Numbered from the stretch's first letter, positions 45,505-54,973 are shown. The stretch: 64,000 nucleotides of DNA from Myxococcota bacterium (GCA_044344255.1 JBIJDH010000009.1:160001-224000), one strand, 5' to 3'. Notes: a model not told the origin generated them from the sequence alone. Translations and numbers: made by a program.

Positions 45505-47904
45505 TCAGCCCGGCGGCGAGAGCCGGAGCTGCGTGTCCGCGACCGCCTCGAAGATCGGTGAACGGGTGGTCACCACCACCGCCGCCCCCTTGTCGCAGAG
45601 GTCGCGGAGGTGCCGAGCGAGCCGTTGGGCGTCGATCGGGTGGAGCCCGAGCTCCGGCCCGTCGAGGCAGATGAGGGTGCCGGTGGCGTCGGCACCCAGC
45701 TGGCCGAGCTCAGCGCCGAGGCGCACCCGGCCCAGCTCGCCGCCGGAGAGGCTGTCCCCGCGCTGGCCGAGCGAGAGGTACCCGAGCCCGAGATCGCCGA
45801 GCGCGCCGAGCAGGCGAGACAGCCGGGGGATCTGCGCGAAGATTTGAGCGGCCTCCTCCACCCGGGCGTCGAGCAGATCGGCCGCCGAACGACCTCGCCA
45901 CGTGCACCGCAGGGTCGCACGGTCGAAACGACGCCCTGCGCAGAGCTCACAGGGGACGCTCACCGGTGGGAGCGGCCCCAGCTCCAGGCGGCGCGCGCCC
46001 TGCCCTTCGCAGGCCTCGCAGCGGCCACCCGGGCGGTTAAACGAGAAGCGCTCCGGACCGAAGCCCTGAATGGCGGCCTCTCGGGACGCGGCGAGCAGCT
46101 CTCGAAGCGGGGTCCAGAGGCCGGACAGGGTCGCGAGGCAGGATCGAGGGCTCCGCACCGCTCCGCCGCGATCGAGGGAGACGAGGCGGGTGACCTCGCT
46201 GTCCAGGCGAGAGAAGGGGAGGGGATCTGCACCTTTCAGACCGAGCCGCTGACGGAGCGCCGGCTCGAGCGTGCCCTCGACGAGGGCCGACTTGCCCGAG
46301 CCGCTGACCCCCGTGATCGCCAAGAGCTGTCCGGGGTAGAGCGAAAAGGAGACCGGCGCGCCCCCATGCCCCACCGCCCCCTCGAGGTGAACCAACGAGC
46401 GAGCCGAGCTCGTGGGTAGCGCCGCCGGCAGGGCGCGAGGTGCGGGGAGCGCCCCGCCCGCCGGCCCCCCCTCCGCACCGGCGATGGAGCAGCCGGCCGG
46501 CGGGCCTTGGTAGGTCAATCGCCCGCCCAGCGGCCCCGCGCCAGGCCCGAGCTCGACGACGGCGGTCGCGGCTGCGATCAGTACGGGGTGGTGATCGACG
46601 ACCAGCACCGTGTTGCCCGCCAGGGTCCGCCGCAGCAGGAGCCGGGCCACGGCGGCGGCCTCCTCGGGGCCGAGCCCGGCGCAGGGCTCGTCGAGGATGT
46701 AGAGCACGCCGCTGAGATCGGCGGAGAGGGCCCCCGCGAGCTCGGCGCGGCGCCGCTCGCCGTCCGAGCAGTCCGCGAGCGGGCGCCCGAGGGGGAGGTG
46801 CCCGAGGCCCAGGTCGACGAAGGCGCCCAGCCGCTCCTGGAGGGCCCGAGCCGGCGGAAGGAGGGAGGAGGGGAGGGCGGAGGGGAGATCCGCGACCTCG
46901 AGGTGGGCCGCGAGCGACCCGAGGGGGACCTGGAGGAGCGCCCCGAAGGTGAGGGGCCGCTTGCCCGCCTCGGCCGAGTCCTCCCCCGAGCGGGGTCCGA
47001 GGGGGAGGCGAGTCAGAGCGACGATCGGCGCACGTCGAGCGCCACCACACGCACCACAGGGGATCGGCTCGCCGAGGCAGGCCGGGCAGAGGCTGGCGGG
47101 CTCCCTCCCCATGAACGACGCCGCGGTCAGCCGGGGCCAGCTCAGGTCGCAGGCCTCACACCAAGGCTCCTCGGCGAATGTGGCCCGGGCATCGCCGGTG
47201 GCACCCGCTCCCTCCACGATCAGGCGGCCCTTCCCCGCCAGCCAGGCAGCCTCCACTCCCTCGGCGAGGCGCTCCTCCCGACCGGCCTCGACGCGGACCC
47301 GGTCGACCACGAGGTCGAGATCATGGGAAGCTCGCGCGTCGACCGGGCCGAGGTCCTCGATTCGGTGGTCTACGCCGTCGAGGCGGACCCGCGCGAAGCC
47401 CTGGCGGCTGAGCTCGCGCAAGAGATCCGCGATGCCGCCCACGCGCCCCCGCAAGAGCGGCGCCCGCAGGGTGAGCCGAGCGCCCTCGCCTCGGCTCACC
47501 ATCCAATTCACGACCTCGTCGCGACGCGAGGAGGCGAGGGCGGCGCCGCAGCGAGGACAAGCCGCCCGGCCCGCGCGGGCGAAGAGCACCGCAGAGAGCT
47601 CGAGCAGGTCCGCGCAGCCGCCGAGGGTGCGACGACCTGGGGGGCCGGCGCTGAATCCGACCACGGGGGGCAGACCCCCGACATGGTCGACGGCGGGGCG
47701 AGGGAGCGCGCCGGCCCCCTCCGCGCCGAGCGCGCCCAGGAGCCGCCGGTTGCCCTCCGCGAGCAGCACGTCGATCGCCAGGGAGGACTTCCCGGAGCCC
47801 GAGCGCCCGACGAAGGCGACGAGGCACCCGGTGGGCAGGTCGAGATCGACGCCCTGCAGGTTGTTGGCGCGAGCCCCTCGGACTTGGATCGTACGCGGCG
47901 TCAT
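45505..47904 (-). CDS. Divergent short UvrA-like ABC ATPase
   Basis: GARANNL, GRSGSGKS, UvrB-binding-like region, FSFN…GRCEACEG zinc finger, LSGGE. Several motifs degenerate. Confidence 0.8.
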   Translation of the reverse strand: MTPRTIQVRGARANNLQGVDLDLPTGCLVAFVGRSGSGKSSLAIDVLLAEGNRRLLGALGAEGAGALPRPAVDHVGGLPPVVGFSAGPPGRRTLGGCADLLELSAVLFARAGRAACPRCGAALASSRRDEVVNWMVSRGEGARLTLRAPLLRGRVGGIADLLRELSRQGFARVRLDGVDHRIEDLGPVDARASHDLDLVVDRVRVEAGREERLAEGVEAAWLAGKGRLIVEGAGATGDARATFAEEPWCEACDLSWPRLTAASFMGREPASLCPACLGEPIPCGACGGARRAPIVALTRLPLGPRSGEDSAEAGKRPLTFGALLQVPLGSLAAHLEVADLPSALPSSLLPPARALQERLGAFVDLGLGHLPLGRPLADCSDGERRRAELAGALSADLSGVLYILDEPCAGLGPEEAAAVARLLLRRTLAGNTVLVVDHHPVLIAAATAVVELGPGAGPLGGRLTYQGPPAGCSIAGAEGGPAGGALPAPRALPAALPTSSARSLVHLEGAVGHGGAPVSFSLYPGQLLAITGVSGSGKSALVEGTLEPALRQRLGLKGADPLPFSRLDSEVTRLVSLDRGGAVRSPRSCLATLSGLWTPLRELLAASREAAIQGFGPERFSFNRPGGRCEACEGQGARRLELGPLPPVSVPCELCAGRRFDRATLRCTWRGRSAADLLDARVEEAAQIFAQIPRLSRLLGALGDLGLGYLSLGQRGDSLSGGELGRVRLGAELGQLGADATGTLICLDGPELGLHPIDAQRLARHLRDLCDKGAAVVVTTRSPIFEAVADTQLRLSPPG

Positions 47905-48008
47905 GCGCCTCCCCTACCCGGGCGAGGTCGCCCCGGACCGGGCGATGGTGAAAGCGAGCCGGTGGGATATCGACTCGGCCCCGGAGCACCCCCGCCCCCG
48001 GAGCCCCG

Positions 48009-49847
48009 ATGTCCGCGCCCGTCCCTTCGCCCATCCATGTGCCCGGCCCTGACCCCATGCCCCGCCCGATCCCCGCCGCCGCGCCCTGGGTGTCCCTGGG
48101 CCTCCTCCTCGCAGGGGTCTCGCTGGCGATCTCCGACGCGGTCAGGGCCCTCGCCTTCGTGCATGGCCCCAGTGAGGCTGCGTCGCTCGACCTCTGCGGC
48201 TGTCTCCGGGTCTCCGAGGTCGGCGCCCCCGGCGATGTGCCGCTGGCGCTGTACTGGGTCCCGGCCTACCTGATCCTCGTCTGGCACACCTTCATCGCCC
48301 GCGGGGAGGGTGAACGGGCAGCGGCGGCGCGGCGCGGAGTGGGCCTGCTCGTGTCCCTGATCGCAGGGGGCTCGCTCGCCAGCCTCGGCTGGTCGGTCCT
48401 GATGCTCGGCGGCGTCTGCGCGGAGCGCCTCCCCCAGGACGCGATCAACGTCGGCCTCCTCTCGCTCTTCCCGCTCGGGCTGGCTCGTCGCCCCGGCCTC
48501 CCCGCCGCTCTCGAGCGGATCGCCGCCCTGCTGATCTTCATCACCGTCACGGGGGTGACCTTTCAGCTCGCCCTGATCGCGGGAGCGCGACAGCAGCGCG
48601 CCACCGACAAGACCCTCGCCGAAGCGGCGGAGAGCGTTGCCGAGACGGCGCTCCGATTCCGCTGGGTGGAGCTCCCGCCGGTGACGCTTCCCGCACCGAG
48701 CGCCGACGTGCCCGTCGATCGATTCGATCCCAGCGACGGCCCCCTCGAGGCCACGGTCCGGGTCGTGCTCTTCGCCGACGCCACCAGCCCTGTGAGCCGT
48801 GGGATGGAGGAGCGCCTCACCGAGCTCCGCGAGCGGTACTCCGACCGCGTGCGCTTCATCTACAAGCAGCTCCCTGAAGATCCGACTTGTAACAGCGTGT
48901 ACAAAGGGCCCGCCCGCACGGAGGCTTGCCCAGCAGCCCGCGCCCAGGTCTGCGCGGCCCGCCAGAACCTCGCCCTGGCCTACCGCGAACGGCTGGTCCG
49001 CCATGTCGGTCGTTTCGGGCCGGTCGGCCTGACGACGATCGCCGCCGAGTCGGGCCTCGACATCCCCCGCTTCAAGGGCTGCGTCACCGATGAGTCCGTG
49101 ATGAAGGAGATCCTGGAGGACGAGAGTCACGCCGGCTTCCTCGAGCGCTCCGGCCAGCCGCGCGGCCCCGCCGTGTACATCCGCGGCCGTCGTTTCGGGG
49201 TCGACACCACTCTCCCGGAGCTGGACGCGGCGATTCGAGCCGAGCTCGGCGACATCGCCCCCCTCCCAGACGGCCGCTGGCCCGCCCGCCAGCGGGTGGC
49301 CGACGAGCCCGCGCTCCCGCTCGGCCTCACCGACATGGTGCCCGTCCGCTCCGATCCGACCCGCATCTTCTGGATCGATCCCATCCCGCGCTCCCGCAAG
49401 CCGGTCGGCCGCCTCCAGGCCCTCGCCGGCCAGCCCCCTGGCCTCGTGACCGCCGACGAGGCGGCCCTGACCTGCAAGCTCGGCGGCGCCCGCCTCTGCC
49501 TCCAGCCCGAGTGGGTGACCGCCTGCCAAGGTGCGGCCGCCGAGGACGACGACAGGAACGGCGATCTCGCCGACGATCGTATCGAAGGCCGGCCGTACCC
49601 CTATGGCAATCGCCGTCGAGAGGGCGCCTGCCCGGGTGGCCTCGGCACCGGTCAGGCCGGTGGCTGCCGGACCCCCGAGGGCGTCTACGACCTCGTCGGC
49701 GGCCCCGCAGAGTGGACCCTGGGCGTCGGCGGCGCCCCCGTACGAATGGGCGGCGGCCTCGCGACCTGTCAGGACCGCAGCCCGACCGAGGGGCCCGAGG
49801 CGACCGGCGCGGTGCGCTGCTGCGCGGACAAGAAGGACAAGCCTTGA
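48009..49847 (+). CDS. Membrane (VKOR-like) + DsbA-like + FGE-sulfatase-like fusion protein
   Basis: N-terminal TMs, G..A.V.VVLFAD…VRFIYKQLP thioredoxin-like region, RLC…EW..AC…GVYDLVG…EW…RCC C-terminus. Confidence 0.6.
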   Translation: MSAPVPSPIHVPGPDPMPRPIPAAAPWVSLGLLLAGVSLAISDAVRALAFVHGPSEAASLDLCGCLRVSEVGAPGDVPLALYWVPAYLILVWHTFIARGEGERAAAARRGVGLLVSLIAGGSLASLGWSVLMLGGVCAERLPQDAINVGLLSLFPLGLARRPGLPAALERIAALLIFITVTGVTFQLALIAGARQQRATDKTLAEAAESVAETALRFRWVELPPVTLPAPSADVPVDRFDPSDGPLEATVRVVLFADATSPVSRGMEERLTELRERYSDRVRFIYKQLPEDPTCNSVYKGPARTEACPAARAQVCAARQNLALAYRERLVRHVGRFGPVGLTTIAAESGLDIPRFKGCVTDESVMKEILEDESHAGFLERSGQPRGPAVYIRGRRFGVDTTLPELDAAIRAELGDIAPLPDGRWPARQRVADEPALPLGLTDMVPVRSDPTRIFWIDPIPRSRKPVGRLQALAGQPPGLVTADEAALTCKLGGARLCLQPEWVTACQGAAAEDDDRNGDLADDRIEGRPYPYGNRRREGACPGGLGTGQAGGCRTPEGVYDLVGGPAEWTLGVGGAPVRMGGGLATCQDRSPTEGPEATGAVRCCADKKDKP

Positions 49848-49889
49848 CCGATCCCAGGGCCGCCCTGCGCACCGCCCGGCGCCGGTCGG

Positions 49890-49918
49890 TTGCCGGGGCA
49901 CCCCGCGCCGCTTAGATG
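49890..49918 (+). promoter_or_regulatory. Sigma70-like promoter for tRNA-Gln
   Basis: TTGCCG-N17-TAGATG, 11 nt upstream of the tRNA. Confidence 0.45.
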
Positions 49919-49929
49919 GCGGCCGACGC

Positions 49930-50001
49930 TGGGGCGTCGACTAATAGGCAAGTCACTGGACTTTGACTCCAGTCATGCAGGTTCGAGCCCTGCCGCCCCA
50001 A
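49930..50001 (+). tRNA. tRNA-Gln(TTG)
   Basis: Acceptor TGGGGCG/CGCCCCA (U1-A72), D-stem GACT/AGTC, anticodon arm CTGGA-CTTTGAC-TCCAG, T-arm GCAGG-TTCGAGC-CCTGC. CCA not encoded. Confidence 0.95.
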
Positions 50002-50035
50002 GTCCTCTTCCCCACGCCTTCGATCTCTGCTCCGC

Positions 50036-50737
50036 TCAGGTCGCCTCGCGCCGAAACGTGCCGAGCAGGTGATCCCAGAAGGTGAGGGTCGAGGCATAGT
50101 TCCCAAGCGTGGGCCGCGAGTGGTGCAGGTCGTGGTGCTCCACCGTGGCGAACAACGGCAGCCGCTGGGCGATGGCCGAGCGGTAGCCGGAGTGGATGAG
50201 CACCTCATGGGAGTTGCGCACCACCGCGTAGGTGAGGAGGACCCAGGCGTTGACCCCCCCCAAGGCCAGACCGAGGAGCGCGAGGCCGAGGGTCGGGCCG
50301 ACCGTGCCGAACATCCACTCGAGGGGATGGACGTAAAGGTAGTCCACGGGCAGGGGAGCGAAGGCGCGGTGGTGCACGCGATGGATCAGGTTGTAGGTGC
50401 GCTTGTGCTCGTGCATCCAGCGATGCAGGAAGTAGAACCAGGTGTCGTCGAAGACCACGACGAAGCACACCTGGAGCAGGAGCGACAGCAGGCCGGGGAA
50501 GGCGGTCGGGAAGTGGTCGGGGAACATCCAGGTGGTGAGGCAGGCTCCAGCGGTGAGCATCAGAAAGTTGGCCTCAACCAAGGGCAAGCGCTCGAGCAGG
50601 GCGGCTCGATCTGCCGTGCGGACCTGCACTCGCCGGCCGAGGACGATCCCCGGGCGGGTGATGTGCCAGGACAGCGCGACCGAAGAGAGGTTGATCCCGC
50701 TGAGCACCAGCACGATCAGCACATGGACGGGGGGCAT
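50036..50737 (-). CDS. Sterol desaturase/fatty acid hydroxylase family protein
   Basis: His boxes HRWMH, HRVHH, HSGY…HHDLHH, and GNY…WD.LLGT. Confidence 0.88.
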   Translation of the reverse strand: MPPVHVLIVLVLSGINLSSVALSWHITRPGIVLGRRVQVRTADRAALLERLPLVEANFLMLTAGACLTTWMFPDHFPTAFPGLLSLLLQVCFVVVFDDTWFYFLHRWMHEHKRTYNLIHRVHHRAFAPLPVDYLYVHPLEWMFGTVGPTLGLALLGLALGGVNAWVLLTYAVVRNSHEVLIHSGYRSAIAQRLPLFATVEHHDLHHSRPTLGNYASTLTFWDHLLGTFRREAT

Positions 50738-50793
50738 GGATGGCTCCGCGATAGCGCGCAGTGTACAACCCCCGGCCCAGGCGAGGAAGGACG

Positions 50794-51639
50794 ATGGCCC
50801 GCTCCACCCCCACCGCGGCTCCCCCGACGCGGGAACCGCTGAAGACCACACTGCCGGACGGCACGGAGGTCTATTGCCTGCTCAAGAGCGAGGCCCTGGT
50901 CCTCGACCATCACATCCACGGCTACCTCACCCACGGCATCGAGATCCGGGCGGGCGACGTTGTCTTTGACGTGGGCGGCAACATCGGACTCTTCGGCGTG
51001 CGGGCCTTCCAACGCTGCAACGGAGACGTCACGGTCTACGCCTTCGAGCCGGTGCCCCCCACCTACGAGGTGATGCGGCGCAATTTCGAAGCGCTCGGCA
51101 GCGCGCGGATGGTGCCGATGTCCTGCGGGCTCTCACGGGCGGCGGGCACCGCGACCTTCCAGTACTACCCGAACAGCCCGGCGCTCTCGACCGCACACCC
51201 AGAGGCCTGGTCCGAAGATCCGAAGCGCCTCGAGAAGGCCGTCCAGAGCAACCTCGCGAACCCGCCGCCCGAGATGGCCTGGGCGAAGTGGCTGCCGAGC
51301 TTCCTCAGCCGCTTCGTGGCCCGCCACCTCCAGCGAGGGGCGGTCTCCTTCACCTGCGAGCTCCGGACCGTGTCCCAGATCATGCGGGAGGCGAAGCTCT
51401 CGCGAATCGACCTGCTCAAGGTCGACTGCGAGGGGGCGGAGCTCGAGGTGCTCCTCGGCATCGAGCCCGCTGATTGGCCGCACATCGGCGCCGTCGTCGC
51501 CGAGGTGCACGATCTCGAAGGCCGCCTCGGCGTCGTCCGTGACCTCCTCCTCACCCAGGGCTTCACGAAGCTCGCCGTGGAGCAGGAGGGGGGGATGGAA
51601 GACACCGGTCTCTACAACATCTTCGCCACCCGCGGCTGA
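50794..51639 (+). CDS. FkbM family methyltransferase
   Basis: [23 protein letters not shown]. Confidence 0.9.
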   Translation: MARSTPTAAPPTREPLKTTLPDGTEVYCLLKSEALVLDHHIHGYLTHGIEIRAGDVVFDVGGNIGLFGVRAFQRCNGDVTVYAFEPVPPTYEVMRRNFEALGSARMVPMSCGLSRAAGTATFQYYPNSPALSTAHPEAWSEDPKRLEKAVQSNLANPPPEMAWAKWLPSFLSRFVARHLQRGAVSFTCELRTVSQIMREAKLSRIDLLKVDCEGAELEVLLGIEPADWPHIGAVVAEVHDLEGRLGVVRDLLLTQGFTKLAVEQEGGMEDTGLYNIFATRG

Positions 51640-51757
51640 CCGCCTCCCGGGGCCGAAGGGGTGGTCCGGCGCCGCTGCGCCCGCCGCCGGGCCTCCCTTG
51701 ACCCACCCCCCGGTCCGGGTGACAGGGGCGCCCCTTATAGCGCCAGGGGAGACGCTC

Positions 51758-52702
51758 ATGATCGCCGACATCAAGATCTTCACGGGGAACGCCAACCCCG
51801 AGCTCGCGAACGGTATCGCCGACTACCTCGAGTACCCGATGGGGCGGGCCAGCGTCAGCCGGTTCAGCGACGGGGAGATCAACGTGGAGATCGCGGACAA
51901 CGTCCGTGGGCGGGACGTCTTCCTCATCCAGCCGACGAGCTCCCCCGCCAATGACCACCTGATGGAGCTGCTGATCATGGCGGACGCCTGCAAGCGGGCC
52001 TCCGCCGGGCGGATCACCGCGGTCATCCCGTACTACGGCTACGCGCGCCAAGACCGTAAGGCCGCCCCCCGAGCTCCGATCACCGCCAAGCTGGTGGCAG
52101 ACCTCCTCTCGACGGCCAGCCTCGACCGAATCCTCACGATGGAGCTTCACGCGGGTCAGATCCAGGGCTTCTTCAACATGCCGGTCGACAACCTCTTCAC
52201 CAGCCCGATCCTCTGCCGCTTCTTGCAGCAGGAGCTCACCCTGGAGAACCCGGTCATCGTCTCCCCCGACGCCGGAGGCGTCGAACGCGCGAGGGCCTTC
52301 GCCAACCGCCTGGGGGCCAGCCTCGCGATCATCGACAAGCGGCGCAGCGCCCCCAACGTGGCGGAGGTGATGCACATCATCGGCGACGTGCGCGGCAAGA
52401 CCGCGCTGATCGTAGACGACATGATCGACACCGCCGGCACACTGACCAAGGCGGCCAAGGCGGTCTCCGACAATGGGGCGAGCCGGGTGCTGGCGGTGGC
52501 CACCCACGCCGTGCTCTCTGGCCCCGCGGTCCAGCGAATCCAGGACAGCGTGCTCGAGCGGGTCGTCGTCACCGACACCATCCCGCTCCGCGCCGACGCG
52601 CGCGCCTGCCCGAAGATCAGCGTGGTTTCCGTCGCCTCCCTCTTCGGCGACGCCATCCGAGCCATCCACCACAACGACTCGGTCAGCCGCCTCTTCGTGT
52701 GA
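51758..52702 (+). CDS. prs: Ribose-phosphate pyrophosphokinase
   Basis: [27 protein letters not shown]. Confidence 0.97.
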   Translation: MIADIKIFTGNANPELANGIADYLEYPMGRASVSRFSDGEINVEIADNVRGRDVFLIQPTSSPANDHLMELLIMADACKRASAGRITAVIPYYGYARQDRKAAPRAPITAKLVADLLSTASLDRILTMELHAGQIQGFFNMPVDNLFTSPILCRFLQQELTLENPVIVSPDAGGVERARAFANRLGASLAIIDKRRSAPNVAEVMHIIGDVRGKTALIVDDMIDTAGTLTKAAKAVSDNGASRVLAVATHAVLSGPAVQRIQDSVLERVVVTDTIPLRADARACPKISVVSVASLFGDAIRAIHHNDSVSRLFV

Positions 52703-52747
52703 GCGCTGGCCGGAGCGGCGGTCCAGCCTCGGTCGGGCCCGACTCGC

Positions 52748-52776
52748 TTGACGAGGCCGATCCCGTCGGCTAAATG
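52748..52776 (+). promoter_or_regulatory. Sigma70-like promoter upstream of the rplY leader
   Basis: TTGACG-N17-TAAATG. Confidence 0.5.
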
Positions 52777-52782
52777 GCCGGG

Positions 52783-53080
52783 CCAAACATCTTGAAGGCC
52801 CCAATGGCCCCAGGATGTGCGGAACTCCGACTCTCCCGAGCCGGCTCCTCGCGTGTCGGTCCTCCCCAGGGCCCGCAGTCCAAGACACGCAGAGCCGAGC
52901 CCGCCGCCCTCCGCGGTGAGCTCTACCGGCGCCGGAACACCTGGGCTGCCCGTGATGCTCGAGCATCGCGGAGTCGGACACATCTGACTCTCCCGTTCGA
53001 CGGCGTCATTTGACCCCGTCGGCTTCCCCGCAGGGTGCGGACCGCACCTGGCGCTCGAACATCGACTTCGAGGAGTGACC
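52783..53080 (+). ncRNA. Candidate structured cis-regulatory leader RNA of rplY
   Basis: At least 7 predicted helices between the promoter and the rplY SD, including alternative pairings (see findings). Confidence 0.5.
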
Positions 53081-53659
53081 ATGGACTCAATCAACCTCTC
53101 CGCGACCTCCCGCGACACCAGCGGCAAGAGCGCCAACCGCAAGCTCCGCCGCGCCGGCCAGATCCCCGCCGTGGTCTACACGTCGGGCGGCGTGGCCACC
53201 TCGGTCAGCGTCGATCCCAAGACGCTGGAGCTTGGCTTCGCGAAGACCAAGAACCCGAGCACCCTGGTCAACCTGGAGGTGGCCGACGCCACCCGGATCT
53301 GCCTCGTCAAGGCCGTGCAGCGCCACCCGGTCTCCAAGGTCCTCCGTCACGTCGACTTCTACGAGGTCCACCCCGACGACGACATCATGGTGGTGGTCAA
53401 GGTCGTCCCGGTTGGCACCGCGGCGGGCGTGAAGGCCGGCGGTGTGATGCGCCTCGTCCGCCGAAGCCTGGACATCGTCTGCAAGCCCCGCGACATCCCC
53501 CGCACCATCGACATCGACGTGTCCAACTTCGAGATCGGCACCATCCTCAAGGTCTCCCAGCTCACCCTCCCCGAGGGCTGCAGCATCCAGGGCGGCGGTG
53601 ACTTCAACATGCTCACCGTCCTTGGCAAGCGCGCCGAGACCGAGCGCGGTGGGGCCTGA
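53081..53659 (+). CDS. rplY: 50S ribosomal protein L25/Ctc
   Basis: RKLRRAGQIPAVVY, QRHPV…HVDF, long Ctc form. SD GAGGAG at 53070-53075. Confidence 0.95.
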   Translation: MDSINLSATSRDTSGKSANRKLRRAGQIPAVVYTSGGVATSVSVDPKTLELGFAKTKNPSTLVNLEVADATRICLVKAVQRHPVSKVLRHVDFYEVHPDDDIMVVVKVVPVGTAAGVKAGGVMRLVRRSLDIVCKPRDIPRTIDIDVSNFEIGTILKVSQLTLPEGCSIQGGGDFNMLTVLGKRAETERGGA

Positions 53660-53662
53660 TCC

Positions 53663-54259
53663 GTGTGGTTGGTGGTCGGGCTCGGCAACCCGGGGAAGCG
53701 CTATGAGCGGACCCGGCACAACATCGGCTTTCTGGCCGTGGAGCGCTTCGCCGAGCGCTGGTCCATCAACCCCGACGCCCGAGACCTCTTCGGAGGGAAG
53801 GTGGGCGAAGGTCGGGTGCGGGATGAACGCTGCGTGGTCCTCCGGCCACAGTCCTTCATGAACCTCTCCGGCCAGCCGGTGGTGTCCGTGGCGGGCTTCT
53901 ACAAGGTGCCGCTGGAGAAGGTCGTCGTCGTCCACGATGACGTCGACCTCCCCTTCGCCGACGTCCGCTGCAAGCTGGGCGGCGGGCATGGCGGCCACAA
54001 CGGCCTCCGCGACATCAGTCGCGCGATGACCGGGGGTCACCCTCGGGTGCGCTTCGGTGTCGGCCGCCCCCCCGAGGGCTGGGAGACCGCGGACTGGGTG
54101 CTCGGAAAGTGGAGCGGGGTCGAAGAGGCCGCCCTCCCCACCGCCATCGATCAGGTGGCCACCGTGCTGGAGTCCATCCTCCAAGACGGGGTCAGCGCAG
54201 CGATGAACCGGTTCAACACCCGCCCCAAGGCTGGGGTCGCCCCCAGCGCCTCGGCTTGA
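53663..54259 (+). CDS. pth: Peptidyl-tRNA hydrolase
   Basis: GLGNPG…TRHNIG, MNLSG, HDD, GGHNG. Confidence 0.97.
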   Translation: MWLVVGLGNPGKRYERTRHNIGFLAVERFAERWSINPDARDLFGGKVGEGRVRDERCVVLRPQSFMNLSGQPVVSVAGFYKVPLEKVVVVHDDVDLPFADVRCKLGGGHGGHNGLRDISRAMTGGHPRVRFGVGRPPEGWETADWVLGKWSGVEEAALPTAIDQVATVLESILQDGVSAAMNRFNTRPKAGVAPSASA

Positions 54260-54398
54260 CCGGTCGGGCGCTCCTCCGTCACCCTCGTCTCCGTCTATCT
54301 TGTTTCTCTGTGTCTCCTGTTTTCGAGTTTTATGTTCCCTGTGTCTCTTTATGGCTTTGGGGGCTTCGGCCCCTGAACCCCGGCCTTCGGGCCGGGCC

Positions 54399-54446
54399 CC
54401 TCCGCGGGGGCGGATCCACCGCCCCCCGAACTGGACCGAGTGGAGG
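54399..54446 (+). promoter_or_regulatory. Probable rpsF (S6:S18-binding) leader
   Basis: CCTCC (54399-403) can pair with SD GGAGG (54442-446). It encloses hairpin GGGGGCGG/CCGCCCCC and an unpaired CCG just before the SD, the architecture known for S6:S18 leaders. Confidence 0.55.
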
Positions 54447-54457
54447 TTCGAGCAACA

Positions 54458-54922
54458 ATGCTCCATCATCACGAGTACGAGACGATCTATATCGCGCGTC
54501 CTGACATGGATGACGCGGAGGTCAAGCGCTTCAGCGACAAGTTCGAGCGCATCATCGCCGAATACAAGGGCACCATGCTGGTGAACGAGGAGTGGGGTCG
54601 TCGCAAGATGGCCTACCCCATCAAGAAGCACCAGATGGGCCACTACACGTACCTCAACTACGTCGGGCCCGCCGATCTCCCCGCCGAGCTCGAGCGCAAT
54701 CTGCGCATCGAGGACAACCTCCTCCGCTTCCTGACCATCCTCCTCGCCGAGGACGTCGAAGTCGAAGAGCGCCGCACCCTCGCCCTCGATCGTCAGCGCA
54801 AGCGCGCCGAGAAGCTCGCTGCGATGCTTCAAGACGACGAGAACGAAGACCTCGGGGATGACGATCTCGGCGGACGCCGTGACCGCGACAGCGGCCGCGA
54901 CGAGGTCGAGGACGACGAGTAG
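54458..54922 (+). CDS. rpsF: 30S ribosomal protein S6 with acidic C-terminal extension
   Basis: YET.YI.RP, WG.RKMAYPI, position in the operon. Confidence 0.95.
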   Translation: MLHHHEYETIYIARPDMDDAEVKRFSDKFERIIAEYKGTMLVNEEWGRRKMAYPIKKHQMGHYTYLNYVGPADLPAELERNLRIEDNLLRFLTILLAEDVEVEERRTLALDRQRKRAEKLAAMLQDDENEDLGDDDLGGRRDRDSGRDEVEDDE

Positions 54923-54973
54923 GCTCGCTGAACCAAGGGGCGCCCGAGCGGCGTCTCCAAAGGAGAACTTCCA

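Noticed and set aside
52774..53013. 79-aa ORF in the prs-rplY spacer
   Set aside because: Its ATG lies within the predicted -10 box, it has no SD and low-complexity composition. RNA structure explains the region better.
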